Part shown: positions 22,773 to 36,813 of the stretch, one piece after another
Layout: each line of letters begins with the position of its first letter
Position numbering within the stretch: the first letter of the stretch is position 1
DNA from: Nitrospirota bacterium
Lineage (GTDB): Bacteria > Nitrospirota > Thermodesulfovibrionia > Thermodesulfovibrionales > Dissulfurispiraceae
Direction of reading: 5' to 3'
NCBI GenBank assembly: GCA_963710375.1
Contig: CAVPZX010000002.1
Location: 960,001 to 1,024,000 of the forward strand
Length of the DNA stretch: 64,000 nucleotides
The notes under the pieces: model-generated
Databases searched by the model: none
What the model saw: only the letters and a program-made list of their open reading frames with translations
What the model was told of the DNA's origin: nothing
Program-made: the position numbers and the translations under genes

Positions 22773-24552
22773 ATGTCGTCTTTTAATTTGCAACGGTTTA
22801 TAGCAATCTCTTTTCTTGCAATAGGCCTCGGGGCATTCGGAGGCTTTGTATACTGGAGCAGGCTCAGATCTCCCTGAAGTCAGGTCCCTCGAGACCTACA
22901 CTCCACTGGAATCTTCTTTCGTCTATTCTTCCGACGGACACGAGCTGGCTGAATTCTATCTGGAAAGAAGGAACTTTATCCCTCACTACAAAATCCCCGC
23001 AATGGTAAAAAATGCCTTTATCGCCATTGAGGACCAGCGGTTTTACTCCCACTCCGGCGTAGATTTTATTGGAATATTACGGGCGCTTTACAGGGACATA
23101 ATGGCTAAGAGCATTGTCGAAGGCGGAAGCACTATTACCCAGCAACTGACCAAGATGCTTTTCCTCAAGCCGGAAAAGAACATCGCCAGGAAAATAAAAG
23201 AGGCGATCATATCCGTGCAGATCGAAAAACGTTATACCAAGGACGAGATATTGGGCATGTATCTTAACAAGGCGTATTTCGGAACGCGTGCTTACGGGAT
23301 AGAGGCCGCGGCCCAGACCTATTTCGGCAAATCCGTAAGTGAACTGTCAATTGCGGAAGCTGCGATGCTTGCGGGGCTCCAGCGCGCGCCTGCAACATAT
23401 TCACCCTTCAGGAACTCTGAAAAAACCTCATTGCGGAGAGATCTCGTTTTAAAAAAAATGCTCGAAAACGGCTTTATCTCGAAGGACGAATACCAACTGG
23501 CCATCAAAGAGCCTCTCCCCCTTGCTCCGCACAACAGGAAATACGAAGCCCCTTACTTTATAGAATACCTGCGGCAGCAGCTCGAGGCACGATACGGCGA
23601 CAAACTATACACTTCCGGGCTGAAGATATATTCCACCATCGACTACTCTTTGCAGCAGGCTGCTGAAGATGCTGTCAGAAACGGCATCACCCTTATAGAA
23701 AAACGTGTGCAACCGGAAGTTCAGGCGGCATTAGTGGCAATAGATCCGCTGGACGGCTCCATAAAGGCAATGGTTGGCGGCACCGATTTCTGGGAGACAC
23801 AGTTCAACAGGGCCACGCTCGCCTTGCGGCAGCCCGGGTCCGCATTCAAACCGTTTGTTTATGCCACCGCCATCGAAAGCGGCATGTCTACGGATGACGA
23901 GATCCTCGACGAGCCGGTAGTCTATCCCGGAGCAGGCCCCAACACAATCTGGTCCCCCAAAAATTACGATAACCAGTACCACGGGTTGGTCCCTTTAAAA
24001 ACAGCGATAGCCCTTTCTTTGAATACTGCCACTGTCCGCCTCGCCAATGATATAGGCATAGCTAAAATAATAGGTCTTGCAAAACGCTGCGGAATAAAAA
24101 GCACCCTCCAGCCCTATTTGCCTATAGCCTTAGGTGCTTCTGACGTGACACTGATTGATTTGACCTCTGCCTATGGAGTATTTGCGACCGGCAGAAGGAC
24201 CGAGCCCCTGACGTATGAGAGGATACTCAACAGGGAGGGGGTACCGGTTGAGGAGGTTCACCCCTCCTCAGAGGAAGTGCTTAGCCAGGATACCCTCGAT
24301 AAAATGAAAGAACTGCTGCATGCAGTCATCGAAGCCGGGACTGCAATAAGGGCAAAAGAGCTTAAAAGAATGGTGTACGGCAAGACCGGCACGACAAATA
24401 ATTTCTCCGATGCATGGTTTATCGGGTTCGACGACAATCTCGTTGTCGGCGTATGGGTGGGACGGGACAACCACAAACCTATAGGGCCGAAAGAGACCGG
24501 CGCACAGGCTGCGCTGCCCATATGGCTGGATTTTATGAAGCATGAACAATAA
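22773..24552 (+). CDS. Penicillin-binding protein 1A, frameshift near 22860 after the TM anchor
   Basis: AIEDQRFY, GGSTITQQL, RKIKE, RQPGSAFKP, SLN, GKTGT. Confidence 0.93.
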
Positions 24553-24582
24553 CCTTCCTAGAAATGATAGAATAATTACTCA

Positions 24583-25362
24583 ATGGGAAAAGTAATAGTA
24601 GTAGCCAATCAAAAAGGCGGGGTCGGAAAAACAACGACAACTGTCAATTTGTCAGCCTCTCTTGCCCTTGCTGAAAAGGATATACTAGTCATCGACACTG
24701 ACCCTCAGGGCAACCTGACCAGCGGGCTCGGCATAGACAGGGACACTGTGCAGAAGAGCCTTTACGACGTCTATGCAGGCAGGGTTCCGCTTGAAGAGGT
24801 GATCATCGAGACCGCTGTGCCGCATCTCTATATCGTCCCTTCCACCATTGACCTTCTCGGCGCTGAAGTAGAACTGGTCCAAAAGGAAGGACGTGAAAGA
24901 ATCCTGTCGAATGAGATCGAAAAAATAAGACACAATTACCGGTATGTCTTCATCGACTGTCCTCCTTCCCTCGGGATACTGACACTTAATGGCCTTGTTG
25001 CAGCTGATTCCGTGCTCATTCCGGTGCAGTGCGAATATTATTCCCTCGAAGGGCTCGGCCTGCTGTCGAGAACACTCAAACTTATACGGGGATCATTCAA
25101 TCCGTCACTCGATATCGAGGGGATACTCCTTACCATGTTCGACTCCAGGAACACCCTTTCACACCAGGTGGTTGAAGAGGTCAGGAAATTTTTCAACGAG
25201 AAGGTATATCAAACCCTGATACCGCGGAACGTTACGCTCAGCGAGGCGCCGAGCCACGGCAAGCCGGCGATACTCTACGATGCCCGGTCAAAAGGCGCCC
25301 AGAGCTACCTATCACTTGCAAAGGAGATGTTGAATGAAAACGGCTTTAGGCAGGGGGCTTGA
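24583..25362 (+). CDS. parA: Chromosome partitioning ATPase ParA/Soj
   Basis: NQKGGVGKTTT, DTDPQGN, IDCPPSLG, EAPSHG. Confidence 0.96.
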   Translation: MGKVIVVANQKGGVGKTTTTVNLSASLALAEKDILVIDTDPQGNLTSGLGIDRDTVQKSLYDVYAGRVPLEEVIIETAVPHLYIVPSTIDLLGAEVELVQKEGRERILSNEIEKIRHNYRYVFIDCPPSLGILTLNGLVAADSVLIPVQCEYYSLEGLGLLSRTLKLIRGSFNPSLDIEGILLTMFDSRNTLSHQVVEEVRKFFNEKVYQTLIPRNVTLSEAPSHGKPAILYDARSKGAQSYLSLAKEMLNENGFRQGA

Positions 25363-26167
25363 GGCACTACTACCCGAAAAGGGTGAAGAGGTCATCAAAA
25401 TTGATATTGAGAAGATTCTGCCTAATGAGCAGCAGCCCAGAAAGGTATTCGACAACGAGGCGCTTAAGGACCTTTCGGATTCGATAAAAGAAAAAGGTGT
25501 TCTCCAGCCTGTGATCGTATCAAGGGTTGGAGACGGTACTTTCAGGTTGATTGCCGGTGAGCGGAGATGGCGTGCTGCACACGTGGCAGGCTTGAAAAAG
25601 ATCCCCGCGCTCGTTAAAGAGACCTCTTCTCAGGACTCTCTCGAAATAGCACTCATAGAAAACATACAGCGTGAGGACCTAAACCCAATAGAAACAGCCG
25701 GGGCATTGAGCAGGCTGACGACAGACTATAATCTTACACAGGAAGCCCTTTCCAGGCGCGTGGGCAAAGACCGTGCGACCATTGCCAATTACCTGCGCAT
25801 CCTCAAGCTGCCGGATGAGGTAAAATCCTTCATTAACAGCAACAGCCTTTCATTGGGTCATGCCAAGGCAATCCTTGCCGTAGATGGGGCCCAAAAGCAG
25901 GTTGAAGCTGCACGGGAAATTGTTAAGGGTGGCTTGAGCGTACGGGCAACTGAGGCCCTGTGCAAAAAATTATCGGGGCCGTCTCAGCCCAAAGTTAAGA
26001 AGAAGCAGGACAAACTCCCTGAAGTGGCAGACCTCGAAAACAGGCTGACACAGGCGCTCGGCACAAAAGTCAGGATCAAGCACAAGGAAAAGAGAGGGCA
26101 AATAGAGATCGATTACTATTCCCTTGATGAGCTGGACAGATTGCTCGAAGTGTTGCTGCAAGAGTAA
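25334..26167 (+). CDS. parB: Chromosome partitioning protein ParB/Spo0J
   Basis: ALGRGL, QPRK, IAGERRWRA, ENIQREDLNPIE. Confidence 0.96.
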   Translation: MKTALGRGLEALLPEKGEEVIKIDIEKILPNEQQPRKVFDNEALKDLSDSIKEKGVLQPVIVSRVGDGTFRLIAGERRWRAAHVAGLKKIPALVKETSSQDSLEIALIENIQREDLNPIETAGALSRLTTDYNLTQEALSRRVGKDRATIANYLRILKLPDEVKSFINSNSLSLGHAKAILAVDGAQKQVEAAREIVKGGLSVRATEALCKKLSGPSQPKVKKKQDKLPEVADLENRLTQALGTKVRIKHKEKRGQIEIDYYSLDELDRLLEVLLQE

Positions 26168-26186
26168 TCACGATCAGAGAATACAC

Positions 26187-27686
26187 TTAATATGGCAAAC
26201 TTACCTTTACTTTAGTGCCTCTATTTTTATGACCGGTGATCTCAACCTTTCCTCCCCAGGGATAAACACGTTCACGCATCCCTATAAGGCCGAAGGATTG
26301 AGGCTTGGAAAGCTGTTCATCTGTTATGCCTTTGCCGTTATCGATAACTTCTAATATTATATTGTCCTTGTCTTTTGTCATTCTCGCTGTCACCTTTGTC
26401 GCACCTGCATGTTTAAGAACGTTTGTCAGTGTTTCCTGGAAAATTCTGAAAAGCGCCGTGCTCCGCTCTTTGTCCATCTCAATATCCTCTGGTACAGAGT
26501 CAACAGCACATTCAATCCGCGTCCTTGTCTGAAATTCATTCGCCTGCCACTGCATTGCTTCAACAAGACCAAAATCATCCAATATCGAAGGTCTCAATTC
26601 AGTGCAGATACGCTTAACAGCACGGATCGTCGCATTGAGGGCATCCATCATGGCTCCGGCCTTGTCGCATATGGCTTTATTGTCTCCGTATCTCTCGCGA
26701 AACCAGCTTAATTCCATCTTCTGAGCGGTTAGTGCCTGTCCAAGTTCATCGTGTATCTCACGGGCAATTTTCGCCCTTTCTTCTTCTCTGACATATTGCA
26801 AATGAGCAGCGAGATTACGTAATTGTTCATTAGATCTATTTAGCTCAGATGTCCTTTCGAGGACGCGCTGTTCCAGTTGTTCGTGGGCCATGCGCAGCTC
26901 CTCTTCTATCTGTTTTCGTTCAGTGATGTCCCGGCTTACTCCCAAGAGTTCTGTTGCCCGGCCCTCATCATTCAACATTAGCGTCGTCACAATCTCAGTC
27001 GGCACTAAAGAGCCATTTTGATGCACTTGGTCCAAATAAAGAGTTTGTATCCGGGTTGAATAGTCATCGCCGGCTGCAAAGGCGTCAAGACGGCTTCTCA
27101 GCCCCTCTATAAACAGCTCATAGGATTCCATGCTAAGAGTTTCTTTCATTGATTGGTGCATTGCTTGCCAGGGGGTGAAGCCTCGCATCCTTTGAACAGA
27201 GGCACTCACAAAGGTAAAACAGCCCGTAACTATATTAAATATCCAAATCACATCCCCCATGTTCTCCGCAAGCAACCGATATAGTTCTTCACTATTACGT
27301 AGTTTGCAGTCGAGATTGTGTTTGTACAGTGTTATGTCCAGGGCTATTCGCAACTCTTTTTCATTGACCGGCTTCAAAAGAAACCCATACGGCCCAGTTA
27401 TCTTAGCTCTCCGAAGCGTCTCTTCTTCAGAGTGGGCAGTAAGATATATCACAGGAACATCATATTTTTCGGATATGTGATCGGCTGTTCCTATGCCGTC
27501 CATTTCACCCTGAAGCTTTATGTCCATCAATATCAAGTCAGGTCTCGCGGCCTGAATGCCCTCAAGCGCTTCCTCTCCTGAAGCAAACACGTTAAGAACA
27601 TCATATCCCATGCGCTCCACGTCTTTTTTTATCTTTAGGGCAACTAACCCTTCATCTTCAACTATCATTATTTTTTTCTTTTCCAT
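26187..27686 (-). CDS. Receiver-PAS-HisKA_3 hybrid sensor kinase
   Basis: IMIVEDE, LMDIKL, KP receiver; PAS; EERAKIAREIHDELGQ; QETLTNVLKHA; DNGKG. Confidence 0.9.
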   Translation of the reverse strand: MEKKKIMIVEDEGLVALKIKKDVERMGYDVLNVFASGEEALEGIQAARPDLILMDIKLQGEMDGIGTADHISEKYDVPVIYLTAHSEEETLRRAKITGPYGFLLKPVNEKELRIALDITLYKHNLDCKLRNSEELYRLLAENMGDVIWIFNIVTGCFTFVSASVQRMRGFTPWQAMHQSMKETLSMESYELFIEGLRSRLDAFAAGDDYSTRIQTLYLDQVHQNGSLVPTEIVTTLMLNDEGRATELLGVSRDITERKQIEEELRMAHEQLEQRVLERTSELNRSNEQLRNLAAHLQYVREEERAKIAREIHDELGQALTAQKMELSWFRERYGDNKAICDKAGAMMDALNATIRAVKRICTELRPSILDDFGLVEAMQWQANEFQTRTRIECAVDSVPEDIEMDKERSTALFRIFQETLTNVLKHAGATKVTARMTKDKDNIILEVIDNGKGITDEQLSKPQSFGLIGMRERVYPWGGKVEITGHKNRGTKVKVSLPY

Positions 27687-27688
27687 AT

Positions 27689-29270
27689 TTATTTGCGTGC
27701 CTTGAATTTGATAACTGCCTCTGTCCCTCTGTCCACCCTCATCTCCAGGTTTGCCCTTAGCTGTTTGCACAGAACGTTGACTATCTGTAATCCTAATGTG
27801 TTTGAATTTCTAAAATCAACATTTTCCGGCAGGCCGATTCCGTTGTCTTTAATAGTAAGGATATATGCATCATCTTCCTTAACAAAACTGATGCTCAGAC
27901 TCGCCGCTTCTGTTGTCAGGGAAGGCATATTTGTATGCATTTGTTACGAGTTCATTTATTATTAAGCTGCAGGGGATAGCGGAATCAATGTCAAGGGTCA
28001 AGTCCTCAATGTTGAGCTTAATTTCAATTGTACGATTATGCTTGTGGTAAATTGATTCCAGCTCCTTTATTACATCGATAATAAAGTCTTTATAGTTGAT
28101 GCGGGAAAAATCCTTTTTTTGGTATAGATGCTCATGGACAAGCGCCATTGATTTCATGCGCTGCTTCATTTCTTCAAGCGACTGCCGCAGACTTTCATCA
28201 GTAATGCCCTCTGCCTGTAAACCGAGAAGACTGGATATGACAGCCAGGTTGTTCTTAACCCTGTGATGTATCTCCCTGAGAAGCGCCTCTTTTTCTATCA
28301 GAGATTGTTTTATCTGTTCTTCGGCCTTCTTGCGCTCGTCGATAGTACGGAGGAGCACTGCATTGATCTTAGAAATTGACACATACCGCCAAAATGCTAA
28401 ACCACTGATGGCGGCAATCAGAAAAACGCCGCTTACAGCAAATACCCTCTTGTTTGTCCAATAAGGTGTAGGCGCCCCATACCATTTGAGGTAGATCCGC
28501 TGATATTCAGGGCCGCTCACAAAGTCTTTCAGGGTTTTGTTAATCAGCCCGAGCAGTTGAACATTGTCCTTTCGTACAGCCAGGCATCTTTGCAGCTCAA
28601 AGAAAGGCTTCCCGACTTTTTGAATACGATCTTCCAGGCCGGTTTCCCTCGTCTGTTTCAGGACCATGGCTTCCTCGCCGGCGAACAGGCCGATCTCACC
28701 GGCGAGCAGACCGAACAGGCCTTCCCGATAATTCCCATATAGTTGAAGCCTCATGCCTACCCGGTCTCTCAATTTCTCGAGGGACATGCAATCTTTTAGA
28801 ACGCCCACTACATGTTTGGAAGGCAGTCTTGCAGGATCTACATCGCTTTGAGAGCGGGAAAAAAAGGAAAGGTATGTTGTGTTGACTGGGATGCTGAACC
28901 ACAGCTTCTTTTCGCGCTCCCTGCTCTTGACCAGGACACCAAAGTCAGCGTCGCCCTTTTCGATAGCATCCATAATATCTTCCGAACCATTTCTGCAAAT
29001 GTAACTCACGCGGAGCCCTGCACGCGAGGCAACACTGTCAATGATATCCACAAAGAAACCGGAAGGGGTGCTGGTAGTCTCTTTCCAGTAAGAGATCGGA
29101 CTGTAATCACAGCGTATAACTGCAACAATCGATGAGGGTTTCTTCAGCTCATTGACAGGTTCGGCCCGCGAGGAGTTAAAGCACGCAAGGACCACGATCA
29201 TTGTGATCAGGAAAAGTCTAATAGCATCTCTCATATGGACCGCAAATATCTGGAGCACTTCTGCTCCCAT
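27689..29270 (-). CDS. Solute-binding-domain sensor histidine kinase (HisKA_2), frameshift near 27900
   Basis: SBP family 3-like periplasmic domain, TM, EIHHRVKNNL, NELVTNAYKYAF; DNGIG and TLGLQIV in ORF 27689-27940. Confidence 0.88.
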
Positions 29271-29272
29271 TC

Positions 29273-31177
<1,905 letters not shown>

Positions 31178-31216
31178 AATAAAAGGTGCTCCCGGGTAAT
31201 ACTCTTTATGTTTTAA

Positions 31217-32857
31217 TTAAAGGAAAAGCGAGCGCTTCTCTTTTAGTGCTGCCTCGATAAATCCTTTGAACAAGGGATGGGGCTCTATTGGCTTTGACTT
31301 GAACTCCGGATGGAACTGGCAGCCCACAAACCAGGGGTGATCTTTCAGCTCAACAATTTCGACGAGTTCCCCATCAGGCGAGGTACCGCTTATTTCGAGC
31401 CCTTTGCAGCAGAGTAACTCACGATAGTCATTGTTGAATTCATACCTGTGCCGGTGGCGTTCCGATATCTCTTTTGTTCCGTAAGCCTTGAACGCGCGCG
31501 TACCTTCTTTAAGCACGCAAGGGTAGGCACCCAGCCTCATAGTCCCGCCCATCTGAGAGTCTTTGGAGCGCTCCTCAACTTTGCCTGTCCTGTGGTTGAA
31601 CCACTTGCCCATTAGAAAGATTACAGGATCTTTTATGCGCTGATCAAATTCAGTGCTATTTGCCTGAAGCCCGCAAACGCTGCGGCCGAATTCGATAACT
31701 GCTGTTTGCATTCCAAGGCAGATACCGAAATAGGGGACCTTTTTCTCTCTCGCATACCTGATGGCCGTAATTTTGCCCTCGATGCCTCTTGATCCGAACC
31801 CCCCAGGGACAAGGATTCCATCCACCTCGGAAAGAAGATCTTCCGCACCCTTTTCCTCTATCTCTTCAGAATCGGCCCAGACCAGGGTCACACGTGAATT
31901 ATTCGCTATGCCGCCGTGCAGCAACGCTTCGGCAAGGCTTTTATAAGCGTCCTTCAGTTCTACATACTTTCCGACTATGGCAATGGTAGTCTCAAATTCT
32001 GGATGTTTTATTCTCCGCGCGACTTCAGACCAGACCGAAAGGTCAGGCTCAAGGTCCATCCTAAGAAGTTTTTTATCGAGCAGCTTACCCAGCCCCTCGC
32101 TCTGAAAGAGAAGTGGCACCTCATAGACGGTCTCTACATCGACTGCGGCGATTACCGAATCGGGATCGACATTACTGTGCAGGGCGATTTTCCTTTTAAC
32201 CTCGGCTGAAAGGGTCCTGTCAGCCCTGCAAATCAGTATATCGGGCTGAATACCGATGGCTCTCGACTCCTTGACGCTGTGCTGTGTCGGTTTGCTTTTT
32301 AACTCTCCGGCTGCAGCAATATACGGCACGAGTGTCAAGTGTGCATAGAATACATTCTCCCTGCCGACATCGTACCTGAACTGCCTTATCGCTTCCAGAA
32401 AAGGAAGGCTTTCAATATCTCCCACTACACCGCCGATCTCAACTATAACAACGTCATACTCCGGCGTGGCCACGGACTTTATCGCATTCTTGATCTCTTC
32501 GGTGATGTGCGGCACCACCTGCACTGTATGGCCCAGGTAATCGCCTCTTCTCTCTTTTGTTATCACGTTGTTATAAATTTTTCCTGTAGTACAGTTGTTG
32601 GCAACTGAGGTTCTGGCATGGGTAAACCTTTCATAATGTCCCAAATCAAGGTCTGTCTCGCAACCATCATCAGTAACGTATACCTCTCCGTGCTCAAAGG
32701 GGCTGAGTGTTCCGGGATCAATATTGATGTAAGGATCAAGTTTCTGCAAAGTGACCCGGAGCCCCTTAGCTTCAAGGAGCGCACCGATCGATGCGGCAGC
32801 AATTCCCTTGCCCAATGCCGAGACAACTCCACCTGTTACGAAGATAAACTTAGACAT
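31217..32857 (-). CDS. pyrG: CTP synthase
   Basis: [33 protein letters not shown]. Confidence 0.98.
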   Translation of the reverse strand: MSKFIFVTGGVVSALGKGIAAASIGALLEAKGLRVTLQKLDPYINIDPGTLSPFEHGEVYVTDDGCETDLDLGHYERFTHARTSVANNCTTGKIYNNVITKERRGDYLGHTVQVVPHITEEIKNAIKSVATPEYDVVIVEIGGVVGDIESLPFLEAIRQFRYDVGRENVFYAHLTLVPYIAAAGELKSKPTQHSVKESRAIGIQPDILICRADRTLSAEVKRKIALHSNVDPDSVIAAVDVETVYEVPLLFQSEGLGKLLDKKLLRMDLEPDLSVWSEVARRIKHPEFETTIAIVGKYVELKDAYKSLAEALLHGGIANNSRVTLVWADSEEIEEKGAEDLLSEVDGILVPGGFGSRGIEGKITAIRYAREKKVPYFGICLGMQTAVIEFGRSVCGLQANSTEFDQRIKDPVIFLMGKWFNHRTGKVEERSKDSQMGGTMRLGAYPCVLKEGTRAFKAYGTKEISERHRHRYEFNNDYRELLCCKGLEISGTSPDGELVEIVELKDHPWFVGCQFHPEFKSKPIEPHPLFKGFIEAALKEKRSLFL

Positions 32858-33666
32858 TTTTCGACCCTCTCCAGATCCATAACAGTATCAACTCCGATTG
32901 TTTCATGCCGGGTTTCGTGTACTTTTATTTTGAACCCGCTCTCCAGCGCCCGCAATTGTTCCAGTTTCTCTATCTCCTCAAGTCTCGTTGGTGCAAGCCG
33001 CGAAAACTTCATAAGCACATCTTTTCTATAAGCATAAATCCCTATATGCTTGTAAAAGTAAGCAGTAGGCAGTAGGGAGTAGGCACGTTCTGGAGAAGAT
33101 TCTTTTTCTTTGCTGCTTACTGCATAGTCCTTACTGCTTAGGTCCCTATGGTATGGGATAGGGGAGCGTGAAAAATAAAGAGCAAACCCCTCATCGTTAA
33201 AAACAACTTTCACCACATTCGGGTCCTCTATTTCTTCCAGCGTTCGAATCCTTTTTGCGAGAGTTCCTATCGCGGCCCGCTCATCTTCCATCAGCCCGAT
33301 CACCGCATCAACCATTTCAGAAATTATCAGCGGCTCATCACCCTGGACATTAACAATGATTTGTTCGTCCTGTTTCCCCTGCGCGCCTATTTCACCGGCT
33401 TCACTCAACTTTGTCACGGCTTCGGCAATTCTGTCAGTGCCTGACCGGTGTTCGGTTGACGTCATGACTGCCTTCCCTCCGAAACCCTCGACAGCAGAAA
33501 AAATGGCCGTGCTGTCAGTGGCGATAAACACATCCTGTACAAGCCGCGCATCTCTGACCCTTTCGTAAACATGCTGGATCATGGGTTTTCCTAAAAGGTG
33601 ACAGAGGGGTTTACCCGGAAAACGGGTGGAGCCATAACGGGCCGGTATAATAACAATAGCAGCCAT
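32836..33666 (-). CDS. kdsB: CMP-KDO synthetase with an in-frame repeat-derived insertion
   Basis: [52 protein letters not shown]. Confidence 0.95.
   Translation of the reverse strand: MAAIVIIPARYGSTRFPGKPLCHLLGKPMIQHVYERVRDARLVQDVFIATDSTAIFSAVEGFGGKAVMTSTEHRSGTDRIAEAVTKLSEAGEIGAQGKQDEQIIVNVQGDEPLIISEMVDAVIGLMEDERAAIGTLAKRIRTLEEIEDPNVVKVVFNDEGFALYFSRSPIPYHRDLSSKDYAVSSKEKESSPERAYSLLPTAYFYKHIGIYAYRKDVLMKFSRLAPTRLEEIEKLEQLRALESGFKIKVHETRHETIGVDTVMDLERVEKCLSLSS
33059..33140. repeat. AGCAGTA-heptamer hairpin element inside kdsB
   Basis: taagcagtaggcagtagggagtagg ... gcttactgcatagtccttactgctta. Confidence 0.8.
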
Positions 33667-33787
33667 ACCTTTTTTTATGATAACATAGTTTTACTTAAAG
33701 TATAAGTCTCAAAAACGTGCTTAGTTTACTAAATTACCGAATAAAATTGATAGGTGAGCAATAAGTGCAAAGAGTCGTGCCCGCGCC

Positions 33788-35344
33788 ATGAACACTTTGA
33801 AGAGGCTTTTTGAACGATTTTACGGGCCTGCAATTCTTTCAGGGCTGCTGCTCGTATTTTCTTTTCCAAAGGCCGAGTTGTTTCCTCTCGCCTGGATAGC
33901 GCTCATTCCTCTGTTGATCTCTCTTTACGATAAAGACCACTGGGCAGCTTTTAAGTCGGGGTTCTGTTTCGGGATTGTCTATTTTTACGGCACGCTTTAT
34001 TGGATTTATCATTCTATCCATTACTATGGCGCTGTTCCTTTAGTGCCTAGTATCCTGGTGGTACTAGTTTTGTGCATGTACTTCAGCCTTTATACCGCAT
34101 TCTTTGCATTGCTTTATGCTGCAAATATGAAGAGGACCGACATGCCTGCGCTCATTGTAGCGCCGCTTTTATGGACTACGCTCGAATTCCTCCGTTCCTA
34201 TGTATTGGGCGGTTTCCCTTGGTCCAGTTTGGGATACAGCCAGTATACGTTTCTCCCGGTAATACAGATCGCTGATATTACCGGAGTTTACGGAGTTTCC
34301 TTTCTCATCGTGGCTGTAAATGCCGCATTTGTGGATGTGTTCCTGTACAAACGCAGGTATGTGGAGCGGCCGCTTGCTTCGTTGTTACCTACAATCGGCG
34401 GGTTTGTCGCCCTCGTTCTTTTTATGGTCTTTACGTTGTCTTACGGGGTATATCGTCTGCATCAGGATCGCAGAGGTCCTGTCATAAAGGCTGCTGTGAT
34501 TCAGGGCAATATAGAGCAGGACAAAAAATGGGACCCGTCATATCAGCAGGCGGTCATTAATACTTATAAAGATCTCTCTTTCTCTGCTGCACGTGAAATG
34601 CCGGAGCTTATGGTTTGGCCGGAAACTGCCGCGCCGTTTTTCTTCAGGACAGACAAGGCGAATACAGACTACATGGTCTCTTTTGAGCGGCAATTGAATT
34701 CATATCTCCTTTTTGGGAGTGTCATGGCAATAAACCGGAATGACAGGCCAAAACCCTCCGCAACCCGTTATACGAATAGCGCTGTTCTCCTTGATAAAAA
34801 TGGAAATATTACTTATATTTATGATAAAATGCATTTAGTTCCATTCGGAGAGTTTATGCCGTTGAGGCATCTTTTATCTTTCCTGGACTTGACCGGTGCG
34901 ATCGGTGACTTTGTTCCAGGCGAGAGCTATACAAAGGCAGTGACACCCTTCGGAAGTTTTGGAACGCTTATCTGCTACGAAATTATATTTCCTGGTCTGG
35001 TAAGGAAGTTTTACACAAACGGTGGAGATTTTATCGTAACGATAACAAATGATGCGTGGTTCGGAAAGACTCCCGGGCCCTACCAGCATTTCAGTATGGC
35101 TGTATTCAGGGCGATAGAGAACAGAAAACCGGTGATAAGGTCAGCCAACACCGGGATATCTGGATTCATAGATAGCTGCGGCAGGATTCTAGCTACGACA
35201 GACCTTTTCACCAGGACATACCTGGTGTCTAGCGTTCGGACTGACAGAACCTTGACGTCTTACACAAAATACGGAGATATTTTTTCGTATTTGAATATTA
35301 TCGGCACATTGCTTTTGCTGATAAGAAAACGGAACAGATTTTAA
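33788..35344 (+). CDS. lnt: Apolipoprotein N-acyltransferase
   Basis: GFPW, QGNI, VWPETA, YDKMHLVPFGE, ICYE, TNDAWF, RSANTGIS. Confidence 0.95.
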   Translation: MNTLKRLFERFYGPAILSGLLLVFSFPKAELFPLAWIALIPLLISLYDKDHWAAFKSGFCFGIVYFYGTLYWIYHSIHYYGAVPLVPSILVVLVLCMYFSLYTAFFALLYAANMKRTDMPALIVAPLLWTTLEFLRSYVLGGFPWSSLGYSQYTFLPVIQIADITGVYGVSFLIVAVNAAFVDVFLYKRRYVERPLASLLPTIGGFVALVLFMVFTLSYGVYRLHQDRRGPVIKAAVIQGNIEQDKKWDPSYQQAVINTYKDLSFSAAREMPELMVWPETAAPFFFRTDKANTDYMVSFERQLNSYLLFGSVMAINRNDRPKPSATRYTNSAVLLDKNGNITYIYDKMHLVPFGEFMPLRHLLSFLDLTGAIGDFVPGESYTKAVTPFGSFGTLICYEIIFPGLVRKFYTNGGDFIVTITNDAWFGKTPGPYQHFSMAVFRAIENRKPVIRSANTGISGFIDSCGRILATTDLFTRTYLVSSVRTDRTLTSYTKYGDIFSYLNIIGTLLLLIRKRNRF

Positions 35345-35354
35345 AGGAGGCAGT

Positions 35355-36465
35355 ATGTTATTGCAGAGTGAATTAATAGAGGAGCTTGCCGGTTTAAAGG
35401 AGAAGGTGATTTCCCTCAGAGGGTATCTTTGATGTCGATAAACTAAAGGCTAATCTGGTTCAGACTGAAGAGAAACTGTTGTCGGAGGAAGTGTGGTCTT
35501 CCCCTGACAAAATCAAGGAACTTCAAAAAGCGAAATCGGAAATACTCGAAACAATACAGCCGGTCGAGACCTATCTTGATAAAGTCCATTCTCTCGAAGA
35601 GTTGTCAAGCCTTTTGAGTGAGGAGGGTGGTGAAGTATTCCTCGAAGAATTCAAGAAAGAATTGGATTCACTAAAACAAGAGCTTGATGATATGGAGCTT
35701 AAAATTCTTCTTTCCGGAGAGTTGGACAAGAATAATGCGATAATTACGATTCATCCCGGGGCCGGGGGTACAGAAAGCCAGGATTGGGCAGAAATGCTCA
35801 TGAGGATGTATTTACGTTGGGCGGAACGCCATGGATTTAAAATTGTGATAGCGGATCTGCAGCCAGGAGATGAGGCAGGAATTAAAGGGACAACCTTCAC
35901 TGTTGTCGGTCCTTATACCTATGGTTATTTAAAGGGTGAGGCAGGTATTCACCGCCTTGTGAGGATATCTCCTTTTGATGCAAATAAGAGAAGACACACT
36001 TCTTTTTCAGCTGTCCTGGTCTATCCTGAAATAAAAGATGATGTCCCTGTTGAAATCAGGGAAGAAGATTTAAAGATCGATACTTACAGATCATCAGGTG
36101 CTGGAGGACAGCATGTAAACAAGGTTTCTTCAGCAGTGAGGATTACTCATATTCCTTCAGGAGTGATCGTTGCCTGTCAGACAGAGCGATCTCAGCACAG
36201 GAACAAGGAGCTTGCAATGAGAATCCTTAAATCAAGACTCTATGATATTTCGGTAACTGAGAGAGAAAAGAAAATGGACTCTATTAAGGGTGACAAAAAG
36301 GGAATATCGTGGGGAAATCAGATTCGGTCATATGTGTTGCAGCCGTACAGGCTTGTAAAAGATCACAGGACGAGTATTGAAACAGGTAATGTTGATGCTA
36401 TATTGGATGGGGGTATAGATATTTTCATAAAGGGATATTTAAATTTTAATTCCAATGCAGCCTAA
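35355..36465 (+). CDS. prfB: Peptide chain release factor 2 with programmed +1 frameshift at CTT-TGA (35427-35432)
   Basis: aaggagg RBS, ATG 35355, internal SD-like agaggg then tat CTT TGA; +1 frame joins ORF 35479 with SPF and GGQ motifs. Confidence 0.97.
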
Positions 36466-36813
36466 AAGTTACTTATTACTGTTTTTTGTATTATTTAATA
36501 GTAGTAGTAGTAAGCGCTGTTGAATTGTTAAGAATGTATAAAAGAGATGGAGCGGCAGATAGTTTGACCAATGAAAAGTCGAACACTTTATCAAGGGCTG
36601 CAAAAAATTGAGGGAAAAAATATTTTTAAACATTACAATCAACAATTTATTGCCCTTGTTTCAACATATAGGATATAATGGTCAGGCAAAGGTTAAAGGT
36701 TTATTAACAATTGTTAATATCCTGTTAATAAATAGTGTTGATACATTGATTCATAGCAGTAAAAGATTTATGAGTAGCATCAGATAGAGGGCAGGCACAG
36801 GGGAAAGCTGAGA
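36466..36813. other. Chromosomal replication origin oriC
   Basis: AT-rich intergenic region upstream of dnaA; TAG trios 36499-36513, GCGC, tandem boxes TGTTGAATT/TGTTAAGAA 36518-36534; TTATTAACA-type boxes at 36701-36731. Confidence 0.82.

Noticed and set aside
35420..35435. prfB frameshift as a novelty or an error
   Set aside because: It is the well-known autoregulatory CTT-TGA +1 shift with an upstream SD-like sequence.
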